A stretch of 64,000 nt of DNA from Octopus sinensis (Eukaryota). Numbering within the stretch: position 1 is the stretch's first letter; the number at the start of each line of letters is the position of its first letter. Below the pieces are notes generated by a model. That model was not told where the DNA came from. It searched no databases and saw only the letters and a program-made list of their open reading frames with translations. A program made the translations under genes and the position numbers. The stretch covers positions 16,802,001 through 16,866,000 of the forward strand of contig NC_043002.1 of the NCBI RefSeq assembly GCF_006345805.1. Direction: 5' to 3'. This document shows positions 40,376-55,671 of this stretch, piece by piece.

Positions 40376-42068
40376 AAAAATATTGTACTGAAGACGACCG
40401 CTGTCAGAAAGTTATTACCAATATAAAGTATGACTTCACACGATCAAAAATAGAACTAAATATAAGTGAAAGATGTATAAAAAATAATAATAAACATAAT
40501 ATTCAATACGTTATATCTACTGCGTTGTTTATTATGAAAGTTCCTTACTCTGCCAAACAGTCTGTTTCTTACACGAATATATGTTATTCGGTAATTATAT
40601 GCCATTTCATCATTCTGTTCAACGTTAATTTTATGGACAGTCTTCGATTAAATTTACCTATAGAATGTTGGAATTTTAGCCAGTGAAGAATATGATTGTT
40701 ATATTTGAGTTAAATGCTGTATTTCGATGAAGGAAATCAATAACTGATCTTTATCAATGTATATTTCGTTCATCACTAAAGCACTTACAATAGCGTGTAT
40801 GCTATTCATTTATCTTCCACAACAATACGAACAATTCTCGTCGATATTGAAGATATCACTTTAAGATTTATTCCTGCACAAGATAGAGGTCTTGTGTTGT
40901 ATATTCTAATCATAGTTCGGAATAATAAATGTGTTTGAATAATTCTAACGTAGAAAATCATGGTTCTCATGTATAAAGCAGTCGAAGTATATTTACAGAT
41001 TGCCATCAATAAATATCGTGAAGCGATAAATAATTATTTCTTTAAATAGTCAGTAAGATGTACAACGATGGTACTATCTGCAAAAGTGATCAGTCCAAAG
41101 CGTGGATCGTATTCTTAATTATGTTGGCTGACGCTAGGCAATTCAAACTCCACTTGGCTGCTGTGATTGTTGTGTTGACATGAATAAATGATGCCTCGGT
41201 ACTATGTATCAAACTCTTTCGTCTTTCTTTCGTTTTTTTCTGCCTGTCTGTCTCCCACATTCTGTTTCTGCCTGCCTCTCTATATGTGTGTCTACGCCTC
41301 TGTGCGTGTGCGCGTGTTTATGTCCCTCTATATCTTAAAATATGTTCATATATGTACATGTATATAAAAGATGGTTTAAAGCTCTCTTCAGCCGCAAATA
41401 CTGTTAGTCCAAAGAATTACATCACAATATAAAAAATATGAAAAGTGCATGTAGTATTACCCAAATCCAATGAATCTTTATACATTTATACAGTTAGGAA
41501 ATTTTACAAATACACTTTTTGAAGGTGATATGATATACCTATTATAATGGGTAATACTACATGTACTTTTCATATTTTTTATATTGTGGCGACTGAAGAG
41601 AGGTTTAAACTACCTTTTATATCAAGAATACACTGATGTAATAATGGATTGTTTATAAAGCTTGAAACACGTGTACCGCGATATCCTTTGTGTTCTGTTT
41701 TTTTAAATTTTATTTGTACATCTATATGTATGTGTGTGTGTTCATGTATGTACATGTATATGTTTTTATATTCTTTTTCTTGCTTCTATCATATGATTTC
41801 GGTCATGCTGGTACTATGTATCAAACTCTTTCGTCTTTCTTTCGTTTTTTTCTGCCATTGAAGGGTTTTATTCGAAAACTCCACCCCAGGCATTATATTG
41901 TTATGCCTATTAATTATTCTACCGGTGCATTTTAGCGAATCGCTAAGTTATAAGGATGTGAAAACTTCAAGTGGTGGCGGGGGGGGGGAACAAACAAAGA
42001 CACAAAGACACACACGCAGAGATACAAAAATGCACACAGAAACACACACGCACATACGCAAGCAAACA

Positions 42069-42103
<35 letters not shown>

Positions 42104-42104
42104 C

Positions 42105-42258
42105 ATGCGACGGGCTTCTTTCAGTTTTCGTCAGCCAAATCCACTCCCAATTCTATGATTGAAGCCGAGCTACAATAGAAGACACATGACCAATGTGCCA
42201 CGCACTAGGATTGAAAACGGAACCGTACGGCTGGGTAGCAAGCTCCTTACCACATAGC
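42105..42258 (-). mobile_element. Diverged family-A SINE head
   Basis: Colinear with 805-960. Confidence 0.75.
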
Positions 42259-43489
42259 TATATATATCTTAAACCTAAATGGCAATTTCCGTCTGTCGAT
42301 CTGACTTTTGCTATCTTGATGCTTGTACCAGTGAATCAATGTTGACGAAACTTTGCAAGTAAGTGAAACCAACATCCATTTTAATTATGAGATAGTTTGA
42401 TCTCAATAAAAATCTAAAATGTGCCCCTTAGTGGGGGAATATTATTTGATAAAATGAGAAGGGTACAAAGAGCGCTAGTGTGAGGGAAACGTGGTGGAAT
42501 AGTGAGTGTGTCTGATATTAGGGAAGGAGGGAACAGCTTTGTGTACGCGACAACTATGGAGTAGCAGAGGTATGATAACGTCAATACAATTCTCATTTAC
42601 GGATATATACACGCGGCATTGCTACACACATGCACATAACTAACATTTAAAGCGCCGAGGAAGGGAAAGACACGTGGATGTGAGGAGTACGTAGCTTTAA
42701 GGAGAGAGGGATTAGGTTGCTTCTTTGTTGCGCCCATGGCAAAGAAACACTCACACACAGACACACACATACAGGCATATATGTTCTATATATATATATA
42801 TATATATATATCCACACATACATACACGTCTGCTATGCAGTATTTTAAACACGTATTTGCTTGTGTGTACGTTTGTAAGTGTGTGTGTATGTGACGCCCT
42901 ATAATTGTGGGTCTCTACTTTTGTAGTATCTTCCCTGGGGCTGTCACATATTGTATTGGGATTTTTTTAAATTACGTCAAACTTTTCACTTTTGGTATAT
43001 TGAAATAATTGTCCACGTTAAATCCGATTTTGTTCTTTATTTGTTCTCGAAAGAGTTGCAGGAAAATGTTACTGCGGTTCCAGGTCTCAGGTGTAATCAA
43101 TTTTACCTACAGGGTTTGGAAGCTGGCATGTTCTGTATGATAGTTGTTTATCACAAACTGAAAGCCAAATCCTTAAGAGGAAGAAATGTCATTAAACAAA
43201 CGAAAGCAAAGCATTACGACGAACAAATTTGTAACAACTGCTGTAGGTTTTATAAGCTTTACTGAATAAAATCAAGTGAAACAGTCGAACTAAGATGTAA
43301 ATAATTTTAATAAAGAAAGCAATCCTCAACGAATATTTTTAAAGAAAAGTTGCACAGACCTGTCCTATTCAATAGTTCCTATCTGTCGGGAAAATTATGA
43401 TCTGACATGGAATAAACAAAACAATTACATAAGACATTGTACTGTAAAACAACTGCCCGCCAACGTCGGGTTATTCGGCTAATATATAT

Positions 43490-43535
<46 letters not shown>

Positions 43536-43869
43536 GTTGGTGTATGTATAATGTGCGTAAGCAACTAATTTATAAACATACACACGCATATGTTGATATA
43601 TACATGCATATACACACTCATACGCAGGTTAGGAAGGTACTATATACGTAGGCAGGTAGACTGGTTAGTTTGTCGGTTGTTTGGTCGTATTAATTTTGCG
43701 TTTTAGTCCCAAGAACTGCAAATGTTTTACATTGAAAAATTATATACAATTTATTATATTCATAGCATTGCGATACGTTTATTCATGAAATGTATTTCCT
43801 GTTCTTTAAGGATTTAAATCGTAGCTAAAGAATAAATTACTTTATGATGTACTAAAAATTTTCATATAT

Positions 43870-44103
<234 letters not shown>

Positions 44104-47100
44104 CAAGCATTGACTGGATTAATCTTACCTATTGCACTTTACAACGCACCTAATATTTTCTTCGTATATATTTGTCAAGGCTGAGTGTTATTTCCAAAGT
44201 TTTAATGTTGCCATTAGACTAGTTTGCTATATTTAACGAGTAGAAATCTTAGATAAAACCTGATTTACTATTACTAAATTATTCGTAAATATCGTTTCTC
44301 TTGTCTAGTTATTAAAAATGAACAATTGTGTTTCGAATATATCTATCAGGTTAATATTAGTGCAGTATAAATCTAATTACAAAAGAAATCGAGCTACAAG
44401 CGTCTAAATTTAATAATTTTACTTGCTATTGCGATTATTAAACTGTAACTTCATGAATAAAGTACTTATTATTGAATTTAAACTTTCGACGGAATAAGTG
44501 AATTAGAATATTCGATAGAATGAATACACACAAGAGGACTGGTATACTCACATTTCGACTCTAATATTGATGGTACGTATTTTTTGTGTGAGTTTGCCTT
44601 AATAAGAACGATTTTAACTTTATTATTTTTGCAGCATTTCTCTTCTTATATTTTAGTTAATGTTCTGCTTTACCGCTTTTTTTCTTAGTCATGCATTAAT
44701 CTATTTTATAGACATTACATACTCAATCCATATCATACATTAGTGTGTATGTGTGTAGGTTATTCTTAATAAGGTTGTTATTGGATGTATCGATCACCGT
44801 TTATTTTTTGCCTCTGTTGTTCTGTCGTTTTCTCTTTTACTTTGTTAGCTTAGATATTGTTGACTAGATTTCGTTTAATCTTCGGATTTCTTTAACTATA
44901 ACATATTCCGCTAAAAAAATATTTAAATCTCAAACCTTCTTATCCATAGCAAGCCACCTACATGTAAACATGTGAAATGCAACTGATTAACAATAGGATT
45001 TGTATTTTGAAGGAGCACCATAAACATTTATATATCTAGGCTATAAATGTACGATAACTTGACAACCATTTCACGAGGCAAGAGCAACAAGTTGATTTTG
45101 CTATGCTCTATCGAACACAGCATAGGAGTGTGGAGTGCGCATACATACACTAAAGATTTAGAAATAAAATAGTCGATTAAAATGGAGTCAGTATTTATGG
45201 CATACGCATCACTAAACATGGTAAACATATGCTAATCAAAAGCGAAAGAAACACTTATCTGTTAGCGTATAAATGACAAGCCATCATTCATATTTAGACG
45301 ATAACTTTTCGCCTGTCACATTTCGACTGGATACTGACAAAACCTTGCTCTGAAAATGACGCTTTGATGAATTATAAATATCTAGAGTAGATTATCTGAA
45401 ATCCCAAACGAATTCCAAGGGACTGAAACAAGATATGCATAAAAAGGCTCTTATCAGGAAATAGTTATCCGTTCAAAGTCAAATTATTCTCCTTATTTCA
45501 AGGACGTTAACATTGTAAGTGTTCGTGTAATTTGAATGTATTGTTATTCCCAGCATATATAAAAATACATGATATTCTGGGTAATCTCACTGAAACAATA
45601 TTTAAATAAAAGTGAGTTTTCAAATGTGTTTGCGGCTTTTAATAGGTATATATTTGAACAGACGACCTCGGATTGTAAACTATACTGAATCGGTAAAGAG
45701 AAATACTGTTTAATCATCCTTGGAAACACAAATATAAAAATCGATCTACGTGAAGATATTGAAGGACACTATTTTACTCATCAATCTGCAACTCTCACAA
45801 GTTGTATCGGTAAATATTTAATATCCGATTCAGACACATCAACAGTTCACTTTTATTAAAACTTAAAAAATAGATTACAGACAGACATTGTATTATCAAG
45901 TATGTACTCATTACGTTTTAAAGTTAATGGGGTCTGATCACTATTAAAATAATATGCATATGGCGGCGTCGAGCACCATTTCTTGGTTCTTTGAAGTGCC
46001 ATGCACATTCATTTTAATATATGGCAATGGAATTATCGTTTCGGAAAGATGCTGGCTTGGACTCATTGTTTCTGTAAAGAGATACAAAATTTGTAATTGT
46101 GAGCAACATTCGCAAACTCATTACAAGAACCATTGAGTTTCTATAAACCTAGGAACATGACGCTCGTATGATGTTACTGATGGGCAAATGTCAGTTGAAG
46201 TCCGGCAAACGTATAATAAGAATCATGTAAGTATATTTTGCTGAATATTCAAAAGTATTATGAACTAATATAGTCATAATTTTCTCCAGGTTAATATTTT
46301 ATGTAAGTTGGTTGCAAAAGAGACAACGATTGCATTAAAACTTTCTCATCTTCCTTTACCTGAAGTTGCGAGGGATATATCTTTAATGTACCTTATACAA
46401 TATTAGTTTTACCTTTATGTGTTGTGAGTTTGGCTCACTCCGAGGTCCATTTTACCTTTTACACTTTCGGGAATAAAAATATAGTCACTCTAGACTGGGG
46501 AAATTGGAGAAATTCAAAGATCTTCTTTCACAATGTTTGTCACGGATCATGTTCAACCCGTTTTCTTGCTAAGTTCAGATTCCTGCTAGGATTCTAAATT
46601 ACATCAAAAGCATTACGATCACTTCTCACGTAGTGAGAGAAGACATAAAGATCGATGAAGTGAAGAACTAAGATCCGCAGCTTCTTGCAATCCGACATGA
46701 CAACAATTGTTTCAAAAGAGCTGCAACATGAACCCAAAAACCTTTGAAAGCAAAGTCTTTGTCTACACTAAGGTCATTTACTTGCAAGTAGCTCTTAATT
46801 TTGAGAAATCTAAGAATGCCCACAAGTTAACGCTTATGACATTATGTATGGTAGTATACAATTGAGGATACATCTAAAAATCCGTTGTAAAGTTAAGTTA
46901 AGTTGACATTTTTTTTAATTGAAAGCTGTTTCGAGTATGAGCCTTTAGCTACGCTACATCGATTCTAAATTTGAAATAATGACTTATTTTTAAATTTGAA
47001 AATAACTTACCTTAAAGAAACAGGAAAGTCCTCTATATTCTAAGAATAGTTGATATACGGTAGTTAAGATTTTTTTTCATATTTGAATATTATATTCGAA

Positions 47101-47592
47101 TATAACTTCCGATATGTTACCATACATGTATATAATAGAAATATCATGTATCGTTCAGATTAACAGAAATTTTTTAAACGCTAGCACTTCGCGAAATTAA
47201 GTACTTGCTACAGTATCCTAGTATACAAAATTGACTAAAGTACTTTAATACTGCACTACAACCCAAATGTGGTCCTACGATTCAAACCAGTAATTATTTG
47301 TGGGGAATTAATGAGAGACAATGTGATTCAATCTAAAATGTACATAAGTCCAGACATTAAAATATTAGAAGATGGGTGAGAGCAGTATATTTAGAAAACT
47401 ACAAAAACAAATTAACATTAAACTGGTTATTGAGATAATTAAGATTGGCAATGAATCTAAGTTTGTCTTTAATGTTTTTAGAATCAAAACAAATAAATCA
47501 GCAATGACTTCCCATCAATGTTCAATATTTGTAAATATTCTAAATTTGGTTTAAAGCGACATTGATGAAGAAGATTATTATGATGCCGATGC

Positions 47593-47639
<47 letters not shown>

Positions 47640-47680
47640 TATATAAACATATACATACATAAATATATATATACATATGC

Positions 47681-47715
<35 letters not shown>

Positions 47716-49267
47716 TATATATATATATGCATATGTATATATATATATATGTATGTATATACCGCTGCATGCGGATTTGTGTGCGTCTTTATGCGTCGGT
47801 GAGTGTGCAGGCTTGTTTGGTTCTACTGAGATATTATACATATTCATCCACACACAAAATCAGATATCGCCACACTACAACATACACACGACTATAAATG
47901 CGTCGGTATATACATAAATACATATACATGCGCGTGTGAATGTATGTGTATGTGTGCGTATGTAAGTGTGTGAGTGTATGTGTGTGTACTCTCGTGCGCG
48001 CGCGTGTGTGTGTGTGTTTATATGTATATCACCACATAGTATTTTGAGTGTAATATGTAATGGAAGTTGGCTGTAGTTACCGAAAATATAAAGTTGGCAA
48101 TATTTTTTGGGGAGGGTATTTATCAAGGCAAAATTAGAAAGAAAAATCCATCTCGATATAAGCGACCATAAATTGAATTATCAATATATTTTATGACTAA
48201 ACTTTATAATTTGAAAAACAACCTTTTAACTGTAAATTAGAGTCAGATGATATAAATATACGAGATAAAATCAGGCGAGTAAACACAAGATATCTATATA
48301 TAAAGCCTCTGATATTTATTATTCATAGAGTTACAGATTCGAAAATCTGAAGTCCCCGCGTTATGCGATATAACTAACTGACTGCATATGCCCCTTGATG
48401 AAGTGAGTTGGATATTATGAGACAGACCGCCTTGTCCAACAATTCTGTGTCACTTGCAAAAGTTTTCTATGTGATATTTCCAATACATTTTTAACCTATC
48501 ATATTAAACTTCTCTAAAATTATGTTATATCATCTATGATAGATACATATCTAAAAGGAATGCAGCAGAAATGTTGTGACGCAAGTATCTGAGATGCAAA
48601 TCTTGGTGAACCGTTTCAAGACCCTCTTTGACCAAACTAGTTTCCACAATGTTCCTGATACACCGAAAAATTATCTTTTCTCAGCTTTCTATGATAGACT
48701 AATGAATTCCCCACATCTCTTCTGGTTCATTGAACAAATAAATTTGGTTTCACCCAGATATGTTTATCTTTAAGTAGGTCAGTTTATTTTCACGTCCACA
48801 TGTAGAATACCGAAGAAGTATTTCGATATTTTTCTATATAATTTACATCGAGTATGCCTCAAAATTACAATTATTAGTATACAGCACATAATGTATAGGT
48901 GTCTAGTTTTTAGTTTGGAAACGATACAACATTTGTTGGCAAAAATTCTTAGATCACAGTTCTTAAATGTAAAAACATTACAAATTGTGGAGAGTCATTT
49001 TAAATGTTTTCTACTGGAAAGGTAGCTTCTCATATATAGGGGAATGCAGGCAATAAAGCAACATATGAGAATAGCATGGCAAAATTTCCAAAGTAATTCG
49101 CATTAATTTGAGATTCACCTAAGAAATCACTTTTTTTAGATCAAAGAAAACTTGAAAATCTGCGACATCTTTCCTATGTACTACTTTTGCAAATGTCTAA
49201 CAGAAATCATTATATCTTCTATTCTTCTATCTGATCTAAGTCTACAGCAGGGCAATGATAGGCCATG

Positions 49268-49445
49268 TGTATGCTTAAAGCTTGCTCCCCAACCACATGT
49301 TGCTGGTTTCAGTCCCATTGCGTGGCACCTTGGACAAATGTCTTCTATTATAGACTCGGGCGAACCAAAACCTTGTGGATGAATTTGGTGAAAATAGTTA
49401 GTGGAGTCGATTCATTCGACTAAGGCGGTGCCCAAGCATAACTGA
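49268..49445 (+). mobile_element. Internally deleted family-A SINE
   Basis: CCCAACCACATG...GTGGCACCTTGGACAAATGTCTTCTATTATAG...GGCGGTGCCCAAGCAT. Confidence 0.75.
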
Positions 49446-50264
49446 AATCTAATGACCGAGAAAACAAAAGGTAAAATAAGTCAGCAAAAGATGCAGATAT
49501 GCACATTCGAAGAAAATTACTATAGTTTTCATTTGATATGCTAACACCTCCCCAGCTCTGTGGAACTGGTGAGCCATTTCTGGTGTAACCATATTACTGA
49601 TGTAACCATTACGGATGTAATCAATAACTGATGTAACAAGATTAACACATAGATTCCAGCAATGGCAAATAAACTCAGCTGCTAATATATCAACTGCAGT
49701 AATTGTCCTTAGTTCAACAATTTCCTCCGTAATGTGATAAGGCGTTAGGCCCTCTATAGCTTTCTCACCTAACATGTACGTGTCGTAAATAGAAAATTAA
49801 GATACATTATCGATCTCCTCAGAATGTGTGAAAATATGTTTGCGGGACTACATGATGTATAGAATCATTCTTTGTATATGCAATGAACCCAAGAGCGTAA
49901 GTATACTCAGGCAATTTACATAGGACTTAAAGAAAATGTCTCTGCTGAGGCTTCATCCGTCAAACACTACCATCAGAAATGCAACACACCAAACATCCAG
50001 GTTTTTTTGATGATAGAGAAGGAAACATTAGGAAACTGGGGAAAGAAGCTCTCATCATTTACAATATTATGCAACTGAGTGACAACCAAAGTAGTGCTAT
50101 CTTGCGCAATCTCCTATATACACTTGCAGGGTTATCCTTCCGATGGATACATTATACAGTTTCCTGGCGATATTATGTCTCATCGTTAGATATTACAGCT
50201 ACGAAATTTTTGGACAACTCCTAATATATGTATGTCATTGTTCAGCTTTATTTCAATATTTCTT

Positions 50265-50455
50265 GCCAATAAAGAACCGGTCTCTAACCTAGATCCAAGG
50301 CTCCTTCATTGGCATTTCAACATCAACAACAGGGTATTTTTGTATGTATGTATGAACGTTTTGATAACAACACACTAGATGAGGAGAAATATCCGTCGAA
50401 TACAAATCATATGAAGAATATACATAATTCCTCATCTCTTAAATATGGAACTGTA
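50265..50455 (+). repeat. Degenerate copy of the family-D tail with a different upstream segment
   Basis: GATGAGGAGAAATATCCGTCGAAT...ACATAATTCCTCATCTCTTAAATAT matches 14223-14292. Confidence 0.75.
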
Positions 50456-51464
50456 TTTTTAGATAGGTTGAAAAAATGTTTTAACCACAGACCTTCAGTG
50501 ACAGGAACTACGAGATAGTTTTTGTTGTTTTTATTTTCGCATGGTGATATAAATGTAGATTTTACGATTAATTTTCTATTTTCCGGCGGAACTTTTATAA
50601 GTTTTCTCCATTACTATGTTTCAATCTAACTTTGTTACGAGCATATATGCATATAGATGTATTTTATTATTTTTTTATATTCTCCACCTGTTTTCCTATA
50701 TACTTTATGAATTTCAATAAGTTTTCTATCTCCGCACATATACCATCTATACATAATAATATTTACAAATACACAAACACGTGTACCCAACTAGTGGATT
50801 CTACAGACGCATATCATAAGCGCGCAGAAGCGCTTATACGCATTTATATAATCTCGGATAGAAGCTACTGCTGCTACCTTATACTTACTTCGCCGTCCCT
50901 AGATTTCAAATTTTAATTAAATTACGAAATCAACGGCTACTATTTTGACCGAAAATACATCATCTTCCCTCTCCCTTTCCGTTACATCTCTCAATTTCAA
51001 ATACCACTCCTCGTATTCATCCTGTGTCTGTTTAAATGGATTTGAAGAATGCTACAGCATGTTTACTTATCTAGGCCACAACCTTCTCGCGAATGACCCA
51101 AATTAAATTCATAAAGAACATTTAACCAGCGAAATTCTATGTCAAGCATTCTCCGTTCAACTCCCCCAGTTTCACACATTCTTCTCTATAACTCATTCCC
51201 ATATATGTTTTATCTTATATTTAATTCTTCTTCACAAATATGTTTTCCTCTAGAGCTGAACTTTCTATGCACTTCGATCGAATATCCAACGACTTAACAC
51301 GGGATCTCCTAACGACAGTGTAAACTTCATAAAATGCAGGTATCCTAGGCTTGGAAAGGAGCTTGCGGTCTACCAATCGTTTGGATAATTTACTACTTCC
51401 GAGGCTCCTCTAGCTATGAAACATATGTAGTTTGGATTTTATCTATTCCATTCGCTAATTTTTG

Positions 51465-51501
<37 letters not shown>

Positions 51502-51505
<4 letters not shown>

Positions 51506-52330
51506 AAGTTGAGACAAGGACGAAAAACATCCAGACAGCTAGGTGAAACAAAAAAGGGACAACAAAATATCCAGACAGACGATACAAGGAAAACAAGGAC
51601 GGATCGTTCGGAGTTTTCTGTCCTTGGTCAAGTTCCATATTATCTTTTCGGCTTGTAATTCTCTAGATTGATCCAATCTGGCCAGCCCCAAGGAAAAAAA
51701 AATAAGCCGAGAGCTTTACCTTTGTTGGGGGAAAGCAGCGAATGTATACGAAAACAAGGATTGGAAAATAACAGAGAAATGTTACGCAAATACAAATAAC
51801 AGGGCATAACAACATGTTTCTTTCGACTAAGGACGAATGAAATTAAGCTGGCGTGTGTAGAAGTAAAGTCTTACGGCAGCGACATAAGTTTTAACAAGCA
51901 GAGGAAGCAATATAGATGGCTAGAAGAAATAAGGAGGGGTGAGAGAAAAATGAAAGAGAAAGTGAAGTGAATTAGGGAAATTGAGAATTAAGAGAAGGCC
52001 AAGAAATGTGAGAGAGGGGGAACGACAGAACGAAGAATGGAATGAACGAAGTGTTAAAGGGCTGATAGAAAGAAGGAAAGAATGAAAGAATACAAGGAAC
52101 AATAGAGTCGTACAAAATTTAGATATATACTTACATATAAGGGACCAAAGTGTACGTACGCCGTTATACTTTATAAATAAAAAATACAAAATTGTGACAA
52201 GAAGACAAAACATCCAGACAGGTAGGTGAAGCAAAAAAGGGACAACAACATTTCCAGACAGACGATACAAGGAAAACAAGGATGGATCATTCGGAGTTTT
52301 CTATCCTCAGTCGAGTTCCAGGTTATCTTT
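51502..52330 (+). mobile_element. Penelope-terminus-like repeat in partial tandem arrangement (direct repeats 51502-51647 and 52184-52330)
   Basis: AAACATCCAGACAG.TAGGTGAA.CAAAAA.GGACAACAA.AT.TCCAGACAGACGATACAAGGAAAACAAGGA...TTCGGAGTTTTCT occurs twice. PLE identity is inferred from architecture only. Confidence 0.6.
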
Positions 52331-52799
52331 GCAATTGTGGCACAGATGATTACATTTAACTTACAATGCATTTTCGGGCATAGTGTTGGACCTCTTAGTC
52401 AATCAGCTGTTTCATAACCTTGTGATATTGCATGCGTATTCTGGTGAACGGCCTACAATTAAAAATGCTTTGCAGTTTATAATTGATTTCTTTACGGTGT
52501 CTCCAGTTTTCTCAAGGGAGGCTGACTTCTGAATTTAGGATGTTGATAGACTAACTAACTCTAGATATGTAAGTTTCGACGCATTTTACCGAAACCCTTT
52601 GATGTTATTCTCCAGAATCTCATTGACTAAAACCTTGAAAAGAATTGAAAATATGCATACACAATGACATTGCGTGTATGCAAGTTTATGTCTGTATGTC
52701 TGCTCTTTGATTGCTTTGAATAGAATTATTTCAGAAAAGAATAGCGAAACGGTATGCGAGTGAGATATATACACTGATAAACAGAAATCCCATATTTGT

Positions 52800-53200
52800 A
52801 ACAAAACAATTGATGTTTCATCCTTATGACAATGTTGCACTTTCCCCCCACTTCAACTTGCCCTTCTTCCCACCATATTTTCTACCTGTGGCTCGTATGA
52901 TAAATCTTTATCTTAGAAAGGAAAATCTTGATAAAGTGACAAGGTTTTTCCCATTTGAACTGTCTCCTCACATGAAGTGGATCGCTTCAAACAGGAAATT
53001 AAAACTTCATTCTGGATTCGATTTATTTGCCAGGGGCCAACTCTTGCTCTCGTCATCGGTTTGATAAAATCTGTTCTCCATTTTGGTTCAACATATTTAT
53101 TGATGAAAATTGTATGTTTGAAGTACTTGACACTTTTCCATTCATTAGAGCCGTAGATGATAATAAACGGTTTGGAACTGCAAGGTATTGATCTAGCCGT
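52800..53200 (-). pseudogene. Decayed RTE-like LINE C-terminal remnant
   Basis: IIYGSNEW (cf. LLYGSETW), WQINRIQNEVL and KYGGKKGKLKWG...HKD (cf. YGEL..GKR..G...RYKD), in order. Confidence 0.4.
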
Positions 53201-53526
53201 GCCGTGACTCATAGCCTACACGTCATGTCAACAACTCAGTATGTTATAGATTTTTTAATATTGATTTAAATCTACAACAAAGCTAAATGAAACATCATTT
53301 TCTAGGTTTTATTTTTGTGGGCAGAGAGAGATAATATAGCAACATTATTGAAATACTGAACTTTGCTTATAAATGGACGAAAAACATGTGGTTCAGCATT
53401 CCTTGAAGTATCACTGTTAGTTCAAAGAATATATGTGATATATTCGATATATAAATTCAATCGCTGATGACCTTTCATTTTTGCTATAAAATTCGGATAG
53501 TCATTTTTATTAAGCAGTCTTCCTAT

Positions 53527-53563
<37 letters not shown>

Positions 53564-54874
53564 AGTGTTTTTGACTTCAGTGCAAACATACATTCTCAAG
53601 TCTTTGCGAGTTAAATTATAGCAAACATTCTAGTTCATCAACTTTTGGCTGCAATCTTCATTCAACGCTTTAATTATGTCCGTGTGCATTTACGTCCGTG
53701 TCCCGTAATTTCAACATTTTAGATTAATTTACTTAATTACCTGATCTACGTATTTTGTGATTTGAATTTATTTATTTCGTAGTACGTATAGTTCGTATTT
53801 TCATTCCTAACTTCACGCTACATTGTTCCTGATTACGAATAATGTAGTTTTAAAGAGAGAGGGTGACGTGAAAATAATGCAGCATGTAATTTGTGCACCT
53901 TTCGAAGTATCATTCTAGAATGAGAAAATATTATAAAATTACAACCAAATTGCCGTATCTGATAGTTGTTCATCTTCAATCATGTATATGGAAGTCCACT
54001 ACACGGAAACTCTTGGAATTTTCTCCAACTTCAATGAAACAGGATAAGCAAATTATGATGACAACGATCAATATGTTGCTTTCACATTTCCTCTGAACAT
54101 TGAAATAGATTGAATATGTTAAATATATATATATATTAATAATTTGATATACGAGGAAAATTGACGTAATCTTACGAAGACTAAATAAAAAATACATGTG
54201 ATATAGAACTCTTTTAAGAACGGACTTTGATGATTTCCAATAGGCTAACAAATCCCGATCACCGGAACACATTATCTTACGAGTTAACGAGTTAATCAGA
54301 TTTAATTCGGTTACCTTTGATAGATAAACAGGTCATCAATAAGGCAAATAGTATTCCGGAAACGAGGATAACAAAATCATATGCTTGACGTTTAAGAAGA
54401 GAGGTTCACTGAAATGCAAACGTGTTATTCCCTAGACGAAAGCTCTCAAGATGTTCAAAAGGCATGTAGATTCCGTTATGATGACATCAAAATTTTCATA
54501 AATGAATTTCAACTTGTTTGTATTTCTAATACACTTTGAGCATCAAACTTTTCACAAATATTACTTATTCACGGTTCGCTAACACTATTCATTTGCAATA
54601 TTATTTTCCAAAATTGCATCTTTGGCGCGTAAACATGCATTATATTCACATGAAAGGAAAAAATTTTGTCATATAGTGAAAAGTTAATTATTTTAATGAG
54701 CCCAATTTTTTAGTACCCAAGTTTCTTCAGGTTGCACCAACACACCAAGCATTAAGATTTCGCTGTAGGCAGACACCTGAAATTCGAGATTCCAATGGAT
54801 ATTTAAATACAACTTACAAAATTGCAAACTGCTCTTATTCAGAAAAATTACATGTCTACAATTAACATTCTGAG

Positions 54875-55206
54875 ACCCCCTTCGGTCATGACACAGACCA
54901 GTGCATTGCACCTAGAAAGTTACCCTGCCTGGCACAAATGCGGGCAGGGTTGTTTATGGAAGGCCAGTAGTCGCCTATGCATAACGACCTCCCCTCTCCA
55001 CGCCACCAGTGTTATCCAAGGGAAAGGCAACGGCCGATACAGCTTGGCACCTGTGATGTCGCAACTCATTTCTACAGCTGAGTGAACTGGAGCAACGTGA
55101 AATAAAGTGTCTTGCTCAAGAACACAACACGCAGCCTAGTCCGGGATTCGAGCTCACAACCTCACGATCGTAAGCTCGACGCTGTAACCACTGAGCCACG
55201 CGCCTA
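54875..55206 (-). mobile_element. tRNA-derived CORE-type SINE (family E)
   Basis: GGCGCGTGGCTCAGTGGTTA head; GTGTTCTTGAGCAAGACACTTTATTTCACGTTGCTCCAGTTCACTCAGCTGT CORE-like block. Confidence 0.88.
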
Positions 55207-55671
55207 CAAAGTTAACATAGGTATAACATATATCATATAATGTAAAAGAGTCTTGGGTAGGTTTAGGTTAAAACCGACGGTATATTGAAACTCAGTTAAT
55301 AACACACTTGCACAGCTTAGCTAGGGTTACAGCTTTGGCGTACATATGATAAAGTTATGATCCCGCAGATCTTCAAATACATATGAATATGTATATGCGT
55401 AAGTCAGATCTTCTAAGTGAGAAAATGTACGATAAAAAAAATCACTGTACAGCGATAGAACTACATTGTGTATATTATATTTCAGTTTTGCAGACACACT
55501 CTTGTCGACTTCGCAACCAGTTACCATCGACACAACATGCTGAAACCTGCAGCGTAAGTCGTAGCGGTAGAAGATTGGCCTTTAAATGCATTATCAAAAC
55601 CTTTGGATTTATCATTACAAAAATGAAATTTGCAGATTTAAATAAGAAGTTTGTGACAATCACACGTACAC

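Noticed and set aside
49449-49775. 108-aa minus-strand ORF of normal-looking composition
   Set aside because: No recognisable domain or splice context; the length is within chance expectation, or it derives from a decayed TE.
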